Positions 52,300-64,000 of a stretch of 64,000 nt of DNA are shown in pieces. The position numbers were made by a program, and so were the translations under genes. Where the stretch lies: contig JASFKR010000001.1 in the NCBI GenBank assembly GCA_050118535.1, positions 20,277-84,276 on the forward strand, in the 5' to 3' direction. How positions within the stretch are numbered: position 1 is the stretch's first letter; every line of letters begins with the position of its first letter. The DNA comes from Myxococcales bacterium (GTDB lineage: Bacteria > Myxococcota_A > Polyangia > Polyangiales > JAFGIB01). The notes beneath the pieces are model-generated. The model was not told the origin of the DNA. It searched no databases and worked only from the letters and a program-made list of their open reading frames with translations.

Positions 52300-52908
52300 C
52301 TAGTTGCCCTGCTTCCCGCCACCACCTTGGCCATCGTTGGCACGCCGGAAGGTGGTCGCACTGACGCGCACGGCAAGGGTCACGGCATCGTCATCGTTCT
52401 TCTTGCCGACCGACAGCGAGATGTCCTCCATGTTGATCGCCCGCTCCAGCCTGCTGATGTTGTAGAAGAACTTCGCCAACTGGTGATACCGCCCCTGGAG
52501 TCTCAGCTCGACCGGTACCGCGACGAAGAACTTCTCCGCGCGTTCCGAGGCCGGCGAAACATTCGCCATCTCGAGACCGCTGAGCTCGGCCAGGCGGTTG
52601 AGGTCGTCGAGAAACGCAGGGATCTCGGCGTTGACGGGGAGGATGCGAAGGTTCTGCTGGTCGAGCGCTTCCCGCGCGGCCACCTCCTCGCGCAGCTTCA
52701 AATATTCTTTCTGACGGTCGTGAGCCTCCTCGAGTTGACGCTCGAGGGCTCCGTGCTTGCGCTCAGCCGACTCGATCTCTTCGACCAGCGTCATGTGAAA
52801 GCCGACGTAGTAGCCAGACGTCATCAGGATCATGATGACGAAGAGCAGGAACACCTTCGCACCGATCGGCAGCGCACCGAAGCTGTTGGCCTGAATCTTG
52901 GGAGCCAT
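52300..52908 (-). CDS. pilO: pilus assembly protein PilO
   Basis: A single TM (VFLLFVIMILMTSGYYVGF), a coiled coil, then the PilO-type core (LPVNAEIPAFLDDLNRLAELSGL...LRLQGRYHQLAKFFYNISRLERAIN). Confidence 0.8.
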   Translation of the reverse strand: MAPKIQANSFGALPIGAKVFLLFVIMILMTSGYYVGFHMTLVEEIESAERKHGALERQLEEAHDRQKEYLKLREEVAAREALDQQNLRILPVNAEIPAFLDDLNRLAELSGLEMANVSPASERAEKFFVAVPVELRLQGRYHQLAKFFYNISRLERAINMEDISLSVGKKNDDDAVTLAVRVSATTFRRANDGQGGGGKQGN

Positions 52909-52909
52909 G

Positions 52910-53551
52910 TCAGTACTCCACCTTGCAGGAGAGGTTGAACTTCACCACCGGCAGCTGGGTCTCGGGGTCGGTCCCGGACGAGGTCGACTCCAAAGTCACT
53001 TCGGAGAAGAGCTCTGAGATGTTGAGGCGGCGCAGGAACTCGGCCACGTCTTCGTTGCTCTTGCCGAAGCCCGACATGGTGCACATGTGCGAATTTTCAT
53101 CGAACGTGGTGAGCCACAGCCGCTTTACGTCCCAACCCGGATTGTAGACGAGCAGCGGATTGTCGCGGCGCATCTCCTCGAGTCGCTCGGGATCGATCGA
53201 GGGTCCGCCACCCTCGCTGAGGATGCGGCTGAGCTCCATCAGCATCCTGGTGGGACCCTGCCGCGCACTCTGCAGCCCGCCTACGACCTCCTCGAGCTGC
53301 CGACTCTTGGCCAGCGCCGCCTCCACCTCGCCGATGTCCTTGCTCTGGGCCTTGGCGCGGTCGATTTGGGCCTGGAGGTCGGAGTTCTTCGCCTTCTGTT
53401 CATCGAGCTCGGCGGACTTGTTCAGATAGAAGAGGAAGAGCGCGACACCGAGCGCAGATGCGGTCAGCAGGTAGACGACCGCCCACATCTGCGCGCCGCC
53501 GCCCGTGGCGGCCTGCCGCTTGGCCTCCGGCAGTAGGTTGATGCGAATCAT
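52910..53551 (-). CDS. pilN: pilus assembly protein PilN
   Basis: Canonical MIRINLLPEAKRQ N-terminus, a TM segment and a coiled coil. ATGA overlap with pilM. Confidence 0.85.
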   Translation of the reverse strand: MIRINLLPEAKRQAATGGGAQMWAVVYLLTASALGVALFLFYLNKSAELDEQKAKNSDLQAQIDRAKAQSKDIGEVEAALAKSRQLEEVVGGLQSARQGPTRMLMELSRILSEGGGPSIDPERLEEMRRDNPLLVYNPGWDVKRLWLTTFDENSHMCTMSGFGKSNEDVAEFLRRLNISELFSEVTLESTSSGTDPETQLPVVKFNLSCKVEY

Positions 53552-54606
53552 GACTCGCGCCGCTCCCTGTCCTTGCGCAGCGCCAGGCCATAGGCCACGA
53601 CCGCCTGCGCGGTGCGTCCCTGGAGCGCCATCGGGTCGACGCTCTTGGTGTCGGGCTGGGCCACCAGCAGCGGGTCCAGCGGCACCACGTCGACCTGACA
53701 GCGCTCCGCGATCTCGTCGTGCAGGGCCTGCACGTTCGCGGTCCCACCGGACACGTAAACCTTGTGGATTTCACGATCGCCGCTGGTCGCGAGGTAGAAG
53801 TCGAGCGACCGCTGAATTTCGCCCGCGAGACTGTCGACCACGTCGCGAGTGATCTGCGCCACCTCGTCGGGGACAATCCCCTGGGCGCTGCCGCACTTGT
53901 AAGCCTCCGCCTCCTCCTGACTGATCCCGAGCTGCCTCTGGATCTCTTCAGTGATGGCGTTGCCCCCATTGACAACGTCCCGGGTGAAGGCCGTCGTGCC
54001 CTGGGCGAGGATATTGAGGGTCGTCAACGACGCCCCGACGTGCAGGAGCACGGTCGTCTGCTCCGGGTCGGGCGGACCGTAGGCCATTTCGAAGCAGTTC
54101 TGAACGGTGAAGGCGTCGAGGTCGACGATCTTGGGACGCAGCTTCGCTTCGAGCGCCAAGTTCGTGAGATCACCGATCTCTTCCTTCTTGGCAGCGACGA
54201 GCAACACGTCCATCTGCCCCTGGTCCTCGCGCCGTGACACGACCTGGTAGTCGATCTGGACGTCCGCCAACTCGAAGGGGATGTGCTGCTCCGCCTCCCA
54301 GTTGATCTGCTCGGCGAGCTCCGCCGCGGTCATCACGGGCATCGTGATCTTCTTGATGATCACACTGTGCCCGCTGACCCGCAGCGCCACGTCGCGGCGC
54401 TTGACCTTGTGGAAGAGGCGCTCGAGCCCCTCCACAATGGCGCCAGCGTTCATGATGTGCCCGTCGACGATGGTCTGCGGCGGCAGCGGGTGGTAGCCGA
54501 AACGGACGAGCGAACGCCCTCCCTTCCGGTCCTCCTTGATCTCGCAGACCTTGATCGAGCTGGTGCCGATGTCGACACCGACCAGGTTCTTACCTTCTGA
54601 GGCCAT
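53548..54606 (-). CDS. pilM: pilus assembly actin-like ATPase PilM
   Basis: VGVDIGTSSIKVCEI, VDLDAFT, and a GGTANV-type phosphate motif. 352 aa. Confidence 0.92.
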   Translation of the reverse strand: MASEGKNLVGVDIGTSSIKVCEIKEDRKGGRSLVRFGYHPLPPQTIVDGHIMNAGAIVEGLERLFHKVKRRDVALRVSGHSVIIKKITMPVMTAAELAEQINWEAEQHIPFELADVQIDYQVVSRREDQGQMDVLLVAAKKEEIGDLTNLALEAKLRPKIVDLDAFTVQNCFEMAYGPPDPEQTTVLLHVGASLTTLNILAQGTTAFTRDVVNGGNAITEEIQRQLGISQEEAEAYKCGSAQGIVPDEVAQITRDVVDSLAGEIQRSLDFYLATSGDREIHKVYVSGGTANVQALHDEIAERCQVDVVPLDPLLVAQPDTKSVDPMALQGRTAQAVVAYGLALRKDRERRES

Positions 54607-54615
54607 GTAAGGGCA

Positions 54616-55071
54616 TCACTCCTCCTCGCCGAACACGCGCACGCGATCCGCGAGACTCAGTCCCAGAGCCTCGAGGATTTTGCGCTTTGTATCCATGCGA
54701 CACCCCAGGCCCTTTTCGACGCGATCAATCGTCAACACCGAGAGCCCCGCGCGGCGTGCCAACTCGGCTTTGGACATCATGCGCTCGATCCGGACCTCCC
54801 GGACCCGATTCGCATGTGGGGGTTTCTTGGGCTTGCCCTTCGAACCCTGACCGGACTTCGTTCTACTGGCCCCACCGGACGACGAGGTATCACGAGACGA
54901 GGCACTCGAACCCTTCGCCCGTCCCGCAGCCCGCTTTGCGGGCTTCTTCTTGTCCGCCTTGCCCTCGACTTTGTCGACGTTCTCGGACTTGGACGCACCC
55001 TTGTCTTTGGAAGCGTCCGCCGACACCGCCGTCACATCCATGGAAGTGGAAGACTTTTGGTTCTGTTCCAT
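54616..55071 (-). CDS. XRE-family helix-turn-helix protein with Lys/Ser-rich disordered N-terminus
   Basis: C-terminal VREVRIERMMSKAELARRAGLSVLTIDRVEKG is an HTH_3-like motif. Its stop lies 9 nt upstream of the pilM start on the same strand. Confidence 0.8.
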   Translation of the reverse strand: MEQNQKSSTSMDVTAVSADASKDKGASKSENVDKVEGKADKKKPAKRAAGRAKGSSASSRDTSSSGGASRTKSGQGSKGKPKKPPHANRVREVRIERMMSKAELARRAGLSVLTIDRVEKGLGCRMDTKRKILEALGLSLADRVRVFGEEE

Positions 55072-55125
55072 GGTCGCGAGACCCGCCCGTGCACCCTCCG
55101 ATCAGGATACCCGGGCATGTGGAGC

Positions 55126-55155
55126 ATGTTAGGCCCCCGGCGAGGCGAGCGTCAA
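55126..55155 (-). promoter_or_regulatory. candidate sigma70-like promoter of the HTH-pilMNOPQ operon with AT-rich upstream tract
   Basis: Minus strand: TTGACG (55150-55155), an 18 nt spacer, TAACAT (55126-55131), about 50 nt upstream of the HTH ATG. The AT-rich tract at 55156-55215 is unusual for this genome. Confidence 0.35.
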
Positions 55156-55324
55156 GCAAGTTTGGGTAATTTTTCACAAAGTTAAGCGTCAATTATGCCT
55201 AAATTAGATGTCTCTCAGTGCAGCCAGCCGATCTCGTTCACCGGCTGTTGCCACGCGGATTCTCTCGATTGTCAAGGAACGACCAACGCCGACTACCATG
55301 GTGGCGGAAGCCGCTGGGGAGATC

Positions 55325-55353
55325 AAAAAAGGCGCCCCTACTGGGAGGGGCGC
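55325..55353 (-). terminator. rho-independent terminator
   Basis: Minus strand: GCGCCCCT-cccagt-AGGGGCGC(C), followed by TTTTTTG. Confidence 0.8.
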
Positions 55354-55430
55354 ACCGCCCTGGCCGGCGCTCCGGACCGGACCGTGCGCTCGTTTCGGCG
55401 GGCGCACACGAGGTGCAGCCGGCCTGTGGC

Positions 55431-55673
55431 TCAGCGCCTGCTCGATACCCCGTGGTCGCAAATAAGCACGCGCGATACGCCGCCATCTGCCGGGCGCTCG
55501 CAGTAGCCCATGATGCACAGGCGCAGCACCCCGCACTCCCCCGCATCGCTGGCGTTGCACTCGGCATCCCGCTCACACGGCTCGCCCCGCCCCGTCGGCA
55601 CTTCAGGGTCGGGTGCGCAAGCCGACGCCCCGACCACCACACACGCCACTCGCAACCAGCTCGACCAACCCAT
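55431..55673 (-). CDS. small Cys-rich lipoprotein (80 aa)
   Basis: ATG 55671-55673 is preceded by GGAGAT. MGWSSWLRVACVVVGASAC is a signal plus lipobox. Six further Cys (CERDAECNASDAGECGVLRLCIMGYC). High GC3. Confidence 0.55.
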   Translation of the reverse strand: MGWSSWLRVACVVVGASACAPDPEVPTGRGEPCERDAECNASDAGECGVLRLCIMGYCERPADGGVSRVLICDHGVSSRR

Positions 55674-55693
55674 CCTATCTCCGTCTTGGAGCA

Positions 55694-60802
<5,109 letters not shown>

Positions 60803-60865
60803 GGAGGCAAGCTACCATCCGGCCCATTCCTGCACAACCTGACACATCGGGCCAGGGGCACAAGA

Positions 60866-60881
60866 TGGCACACTAGCGGCA
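60866..60881 (+). promoter_or_regulatory. sigma54-like -24/-12 element, divergent from the EBP-fusion gene
   Basis: TGGCAC (60866-60871), then GC at 60879-60880, giving the canonical GG-N10-GC spacing (TGGCACactagcgGCA). The -12 TT is not conserved. It lies inside three GGCACA direct repeats. Confidence 0.3.
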
Positions 60882-60891
60882 CACCTCACGT

Positions 60892-61176
60892 CGACGCCAG
60901 CTGGCGAACCCAGCCGTGCTCGTAGTCGTAGTCGTGGTCAAGAGAAGTGGATGGCGTGGGAGGGAGCGCGACCTTGCGTGGGGGTGGGTGGACGCGCGCC
61001 TTCCGCCGCGCGTCCGCGCTACCGCGCGGTGGGATTCGCTGCGCTCGGATGACGGGGTGCGCGGGTCCTGGGCGCGGAGTCGGACGCGGTCGCGGACTCG
61101 GAGTCGGTCACGGACTCGGAATCGGGATCGGAATCGGTCCCGGCGATCAAATTCCCGCCCCATGGGGCGGGTTTTA
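60892..61176 (+). ncRNA. hypothetical structured transcript (candidate sRNA or leader) between the sigma54-like element and a palindromic terminator
   Basis: Inferred only. There is no convincing ORF. Palindrome CGCCAGCTGGCG (60895-60906). 9 bp hairpin 60990-61015. Palindrome ACCGCGCGGT (61022-61031). Period-6 tract 61076-61147. Terminator-like hairpin 61154-61171 plus TTTT. Confidence 0.2.
61154..61176 (+). terminator. 18 bp perfect palindrome plus T-run (terminator-like, possibly bidirectional)
   Basis: CCCGCCCCATGGGGCGGG (61154-61171) followed by TTTTAC. On the minus strand it is followed by AATTTGATC. Confidence 0.5.
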
Positions 61177-61321
61177 CAAACCAAAAACTACCAAATTTGA
61201 TATTTTATAAATCAAAAGGACCGCGGCGCCCGCGACCACCACCGACCCCACCGCCACAGAGACGGGCGCGGCGGGCGCGGGCGCCGCGAGCGACCCCACG
61301 TCGGGCACCGCTCCGATCCCC

Positions 61322-61567
61322 ATGGACGACGCCACGACGATGACGGTCGACGGCGACGACACGCCGATCGAGCGCCTCTGGCTCGACAAGAACTCCCCCG
61401 AAATCGTCGGCCTGCGCAACTACTTCGGCAACACCGCCTTCCTCTACGGCGCCCCGCTGGAGTTGAGCACCATCTACCGCGTGAAGATCGTCGGCACCTA
61501 CGCCGGCGGTGCGCTCGACGTGGAGCGGACCTTCACCACGGGCTCCATGCGGCCCTGGGGCGCCTGA
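61322..61567 (+). CDS. small hypothetical protein (81 aa) or 3' remnant of a longer gene
   Basis: Very high GC3 from 61322 to the stop. The frame stays open upstream to 61211, translating as a Thr/Pro/Ala/Gly-rich linker with no ATG/GTG/TTG. It is separated by a single TAA (61208-61210) from an in-frame upstream ORF. Confidence 0.45.
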   Translation: MDDATTMTVDGDDTPIERLWLDKNSPEIVGLRNYFGNTAFLYGAPLELSTIYRVKIVGTYAGGALDVERTFTTGSMRPWGA

Positions 61568-61591
61568 GGCAGCCCCGGGGTCAACCCAAGG

Positions 61592-62791
61592 TCAACCCGC
61601 GATCAGCCAGCCCTCGTCGCTGATCGCGGCCTCGATCTCCTCGATGTGATCGAAACCGCGCGTCTCCAGCACCAGCTCCACCGCCGTCAGCCCCGGATCG
61701 GTGCGGGGCGCGAAGCGGTCGTGGTGCACCTCCAGCACGTTGGCCTGGCACCGCGCGGTGGTGGCAAGCAGCGACGCGAGCGCCCCCGGCACGTCCGGGA
61801 TCAGCACCCGCACGCGCATGCTGCGCCCGCTCTTGACCAGGCCCCGCTCGATGATCCGAGCCAGCACGTTCACGTCGATATTGCCGCCCGTCAGCAGCAT
61901 CACCACGCGCTTGCCCGCGATCGGCAGTTGCCCCTGCAGCGCCGCAGCCAGGGGTGCGGCGCCCGCCCCCTCTGCCACCGTCTTCTCCTGCTCCAGCAAC
62001 AGCAGGATGGCCTCGGCGATCTCCTCCTCGTCGACCAGGGCGATTCCGTCGAGCAGCCGGCCGTGCTCGAGGGTGCGCGCCGAGACGCTGCGCACGGCGA
62101 TTCCGTCGGCGAGCGTGCGCCCGGGTCCCACCGCCACCGGCTCGCCCGCCGCGAGCCCGCGCTGCATGGATGGCAACACGCTCGGCTCCACCCCGAAGAC
62201 CTTCACCTCCGGGCGCAGACCCTTGATCGCGACCGCCACCCCTCCCGCCAGGCCGCCGCCGCCGACGGGCACGAGCACCGCCTCCACGTCGGGCACCTGC
62301 TCGAGCACCTCCAGCGCCACCGTGCCCTGCCCCGCCATCACCGCGTCGTCATCAAAGGGGTGCACCTGGGTCAGCCTCCGCGCCTCGGCCAGGCGCCGGG
62401 CCTCGGCCGCCGCGTCGTCGTAGCTCTCGCCGTGCAGCACGACCTCGGCCCCGTGGCGGCGCGTGGCGCTGACCTTGATCAGTGGCGTGCCCACCGGCAT
62501 CACGATGGTCGTCGCCACACCCTCGCGCAGGGCCGCGAACGCCAGCCCCTGGGCGTGGTTGCCGGCGCTGGCGGCGATGACGCCGCGCGCCCGCTGCTCG
62601 TCGTCCAGCAAGAGCAACTTGTTGAGCGCGCCGCGCTCCTTGAAGGAGCCGGTCATCTGCAGGTTCTCGAGCTTGAGGTGCAGCTCGCAGCCGGTGAGCT
62701 CCGAGAGCCGCTGCGAGCGCGGACACGGCGAGTAGTAGATCCGCTCCTTCACCCGCTCGCGGGCGGCCTGCACGTCGGCGACGGTGATCAT
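61592..62791 (-). CDS. ilvA: threonine ammonia-lyase (threonine dehydratase), short form with one C-terminal ACT-like domain
   Basis: PLP lysine motif LQMTGSFKERGA, SAGNHAQG, GGGGL loop. 399 aa. Confidence 0.88.
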   Translation of the reverse strand: MITVADVQAARERVKERIYYSPCPRSQRLSELTGCELHLKLENLQMTGSFKERGALNKLLLLDDEQRARGVIAASAGNHAQGLAFAALREGVATTIVMPVGTPLIKVSATRRHGAEVVLHGESYDDAAAEARRLAEARRLTQVHPFDDDAVMAGQGTVALEVLEQVPDVEAVLVPVGGGGLAGGVAVAIKGLRPEVKVFGVEPSVLPSMQRGLAAGEPVAVGPGRTLADGIAVRSVSARTLEHGRLLDGIALVDEEEIAEAILLLLEQEKTVAEGAGAAPLAAALQGQLPIAGKRVVMLLTGGNIDVNVLARIIERGLVKSGRSMRVRVLIPDVPGALASLLATTARCQANVLEVHHDRFAPRTDPGLTAVELVLETRGFDHIEEIEAAISDEGWLIAG

Positions 62792-62813
62792 CGCGCGCCT
62801 CCCCGCCGTGCCG

Positions 62814-64000
62814 TCAGGAGTCGGCGTCCTCGCGCAGGCGCCGCTCCAGGTCGTTCATGAAGTTACCGTCGCCCGGCTTCTTGTCGTCGCGCGCCTTGCG
62901 CTTGGGCGAAAGCAGCACCACGGGCTTGACCTCCGAGTCGTCATCGAAGGCATCGAGGCCCAGGGAGTCGGCCTGGCCGCCGTCGCCGCGACCGCCCCAG
63001 TCGTCGTCCTCGAGCAACAGCTCGTCCGGGTTGAGCTCCTCGATCTCGGTCTCGAACTCGTCGTCCACGTCGGACCTGTCGACCGGCGTCGTCGGCGACT
63101 CGGCCTGCACCTCGCCCGCGGCGGCGGGTCCGGCTCCCGCCGCTGCGCCCGCACGCCCCGATTGCAGCGCCCGCAGCTCCTCGACCAGCAACCGCTCCTC
63201 CAGCTCCGCCGGCGACTCGGGCATGGACGGCCGCGATGCCGACTGCGCATCCGGACCGCCGCCCGGCGGCGGCGCCTCGGAGACCTGCGCGATCCCCATC
63301 CCCACCTCGTGGGCGCGCTCGTACGGAAAGAGGGAGCGCACGAAGTGGGAGACGACCAGCGGGCCCGAGACCAGCCCGTGGCGCATGCAGAACTGGTCGA
63401 GCGCCAGGGCCATGTGGGCCGCGCTCGGTGTGCGCTTGCTGCGATCGCGCGTCAGGGCGCCGAGGACGATCTCTTCCAGGTCCTGCGGGTAGTTGCGAAT
63501 GTGCTGGGACGGCGGAGGCACGTCCTGTTCGACGATCTGCGTCATCACCTGGATGTCGCTGCCGCGGAAGAGGCGCCGGCCCGTGGTGAGCTCGTAGAGG
63601 ATCACCCCCAGGGCGAAGACGTCGGCCCGCTTGTCCAGCGCCTTGCCGCGCACCTGCTCGGGCCCCATGTACGCGTACGTCCCGCGCACCGCGCCGGCGT
63701 CCGTGTCCACCCGCGCGGTGGTCTGGGCGACGCCGAAATCCAGCACCTTCACCACGGCGTCCAGGGAGATCATGATGTTCTGCGGCGTGACGTCGCGATG
63801 CACGATGCGCAGCGCCCTGCCCTCCCGGTCGCGCCGCTCGTGCGCGTGGTGCAGCGCCATGCAGACCTGGGAGACGACCCCAATGGCCACGGCCAGGGGC
63901 ATGGGCCGACTGGCCTTGGCCGCCGCGCGGCACAGGTCGGCCAGGCTCACCCCGCGGACGTGCTCCATGGCCAGATACCAGTAGCCGTCGGCGTAACCGA
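62814..64000 (-). CDS. Ser/Thr protein kinase with acidic low-complexity C-terminus, 5' end outside window
   Basis: HRDVTPQN, DFGVA, GTYAYMGPE. The frame stays open to base 64000 (…GYWYLAMEHV), so the N-terminal lobe lies beyond the window. Confidence 0.85.
   Translation of the reverse strand, partial: GYADGYWYLAMEHVRGVSLADLCRAAAKASRPMPLAVAIGVVSQVCMALHHAHERRDREGRALRIVHRDVTPQNIMISLDAVVKVLDFGVAQTTARVDTDAGAVRGTYAYMGPEQVRGKALDKRADVFALGVILYELTTGRRLFRGSDIQVMTQIVEQDVPPPSQHIRNYPQDLEEIVLGALTRDRSKRTPSAAHMALALDQFCMRHGLVSGPLVVSHFVRSLFPYERAHEVGMGIAQVSEAPPPGGGPDAQSASRPSMPESPAELEERLLVEELRALQSGRAGAAAGAGPAAAGEVQAESPTTPVDRSDVDDEFETEIEELNPDELLLEDDDWGGRGDGGQADSLGLDAFDDDSEVKPVVLLSPKRKARDDKKPGDGNFMNDLERRLREDADS

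Noticed and set aside
61579-61598. Direct repeat GGTCAACCC-aa-GGTCAACCC at the convergent junction with ilvA
   Set aside because: The repeat is real but very short. It overlaps the ilvA stop codon, and there is no supporting context for an att site or binding site.
61646-62860. 404 aa plus-strand ORF opposite ilvA
   Set aside because: It is antisense to a threonine dehydratase with an intact PLP-lysine motif. The translation is Arg/His/Gly-rich.

Overview
This is a gene-dense, high-GC chromosomal segment. Its gene content points to a myxobacterium (Myxococcota): an FHA/GAF adenylate cyclase, several Ser/Thr kinases, a kinase fused to a sigma54 activator, an MJ0042-type zinc-ribbon/TPR protein, a DUF4388/TPR giant and a Myxococcus-like PilB. 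I support about 38 protein-coding genes.

Genes called:
- Housekeeping: groES-groEL, prmC, pyrC-carA, deoC, a fused aroK-aroB, ilvA, apbE, sppA and a thioredoxin fusion.
- Type IVa pilus: an isolated pilB, plus an HTH-pilM-pilN-pilO-pilP-pilQ operon followed by aroKB.
- MoxR/DUF58/vWA (Bat-like) genes in two separate places.
- A 1786-1806 aa tandemly duplicated UvrA-like protein with four ABC nucleotide-binding sites.
- Two giant signalling or scaffold proteins.

I saw no rRNA, tRNA, CRISPR array, transposase, integrase or obvious prophage/defence island, so most of the window looks like core genome.

Most worth a second look:
1. A 1702 aa single-polypeptide fusion: Ser/Thr kinase, P-loop NTPase, TPR, GAF, sigma54 AAA+ activator and HTH.
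2. The ~520 bp structured, non-coding region just upstream of that gene. It holds a divergent sigma54-like promoter element, several GC hairpins, a period-6 GANTC-rich tract, a palindromic terminator, an AT-rich palindrome and a small ORF. It could encode an uncharacterised sigma54-dependent small RNA or small-gene locus.
3. The duplicated UvrA.
4. The extended Bat/MoxR module.
5. A CGATCG-palindrome cluster downstream of pilB.

Limits: all family assignments come from motif recognition by eye. No HMM, BLAST or RNA-folding run was possible. Start codons of several genes are uncertain, and every promoter, terminator and RNA call is a hypothesis.
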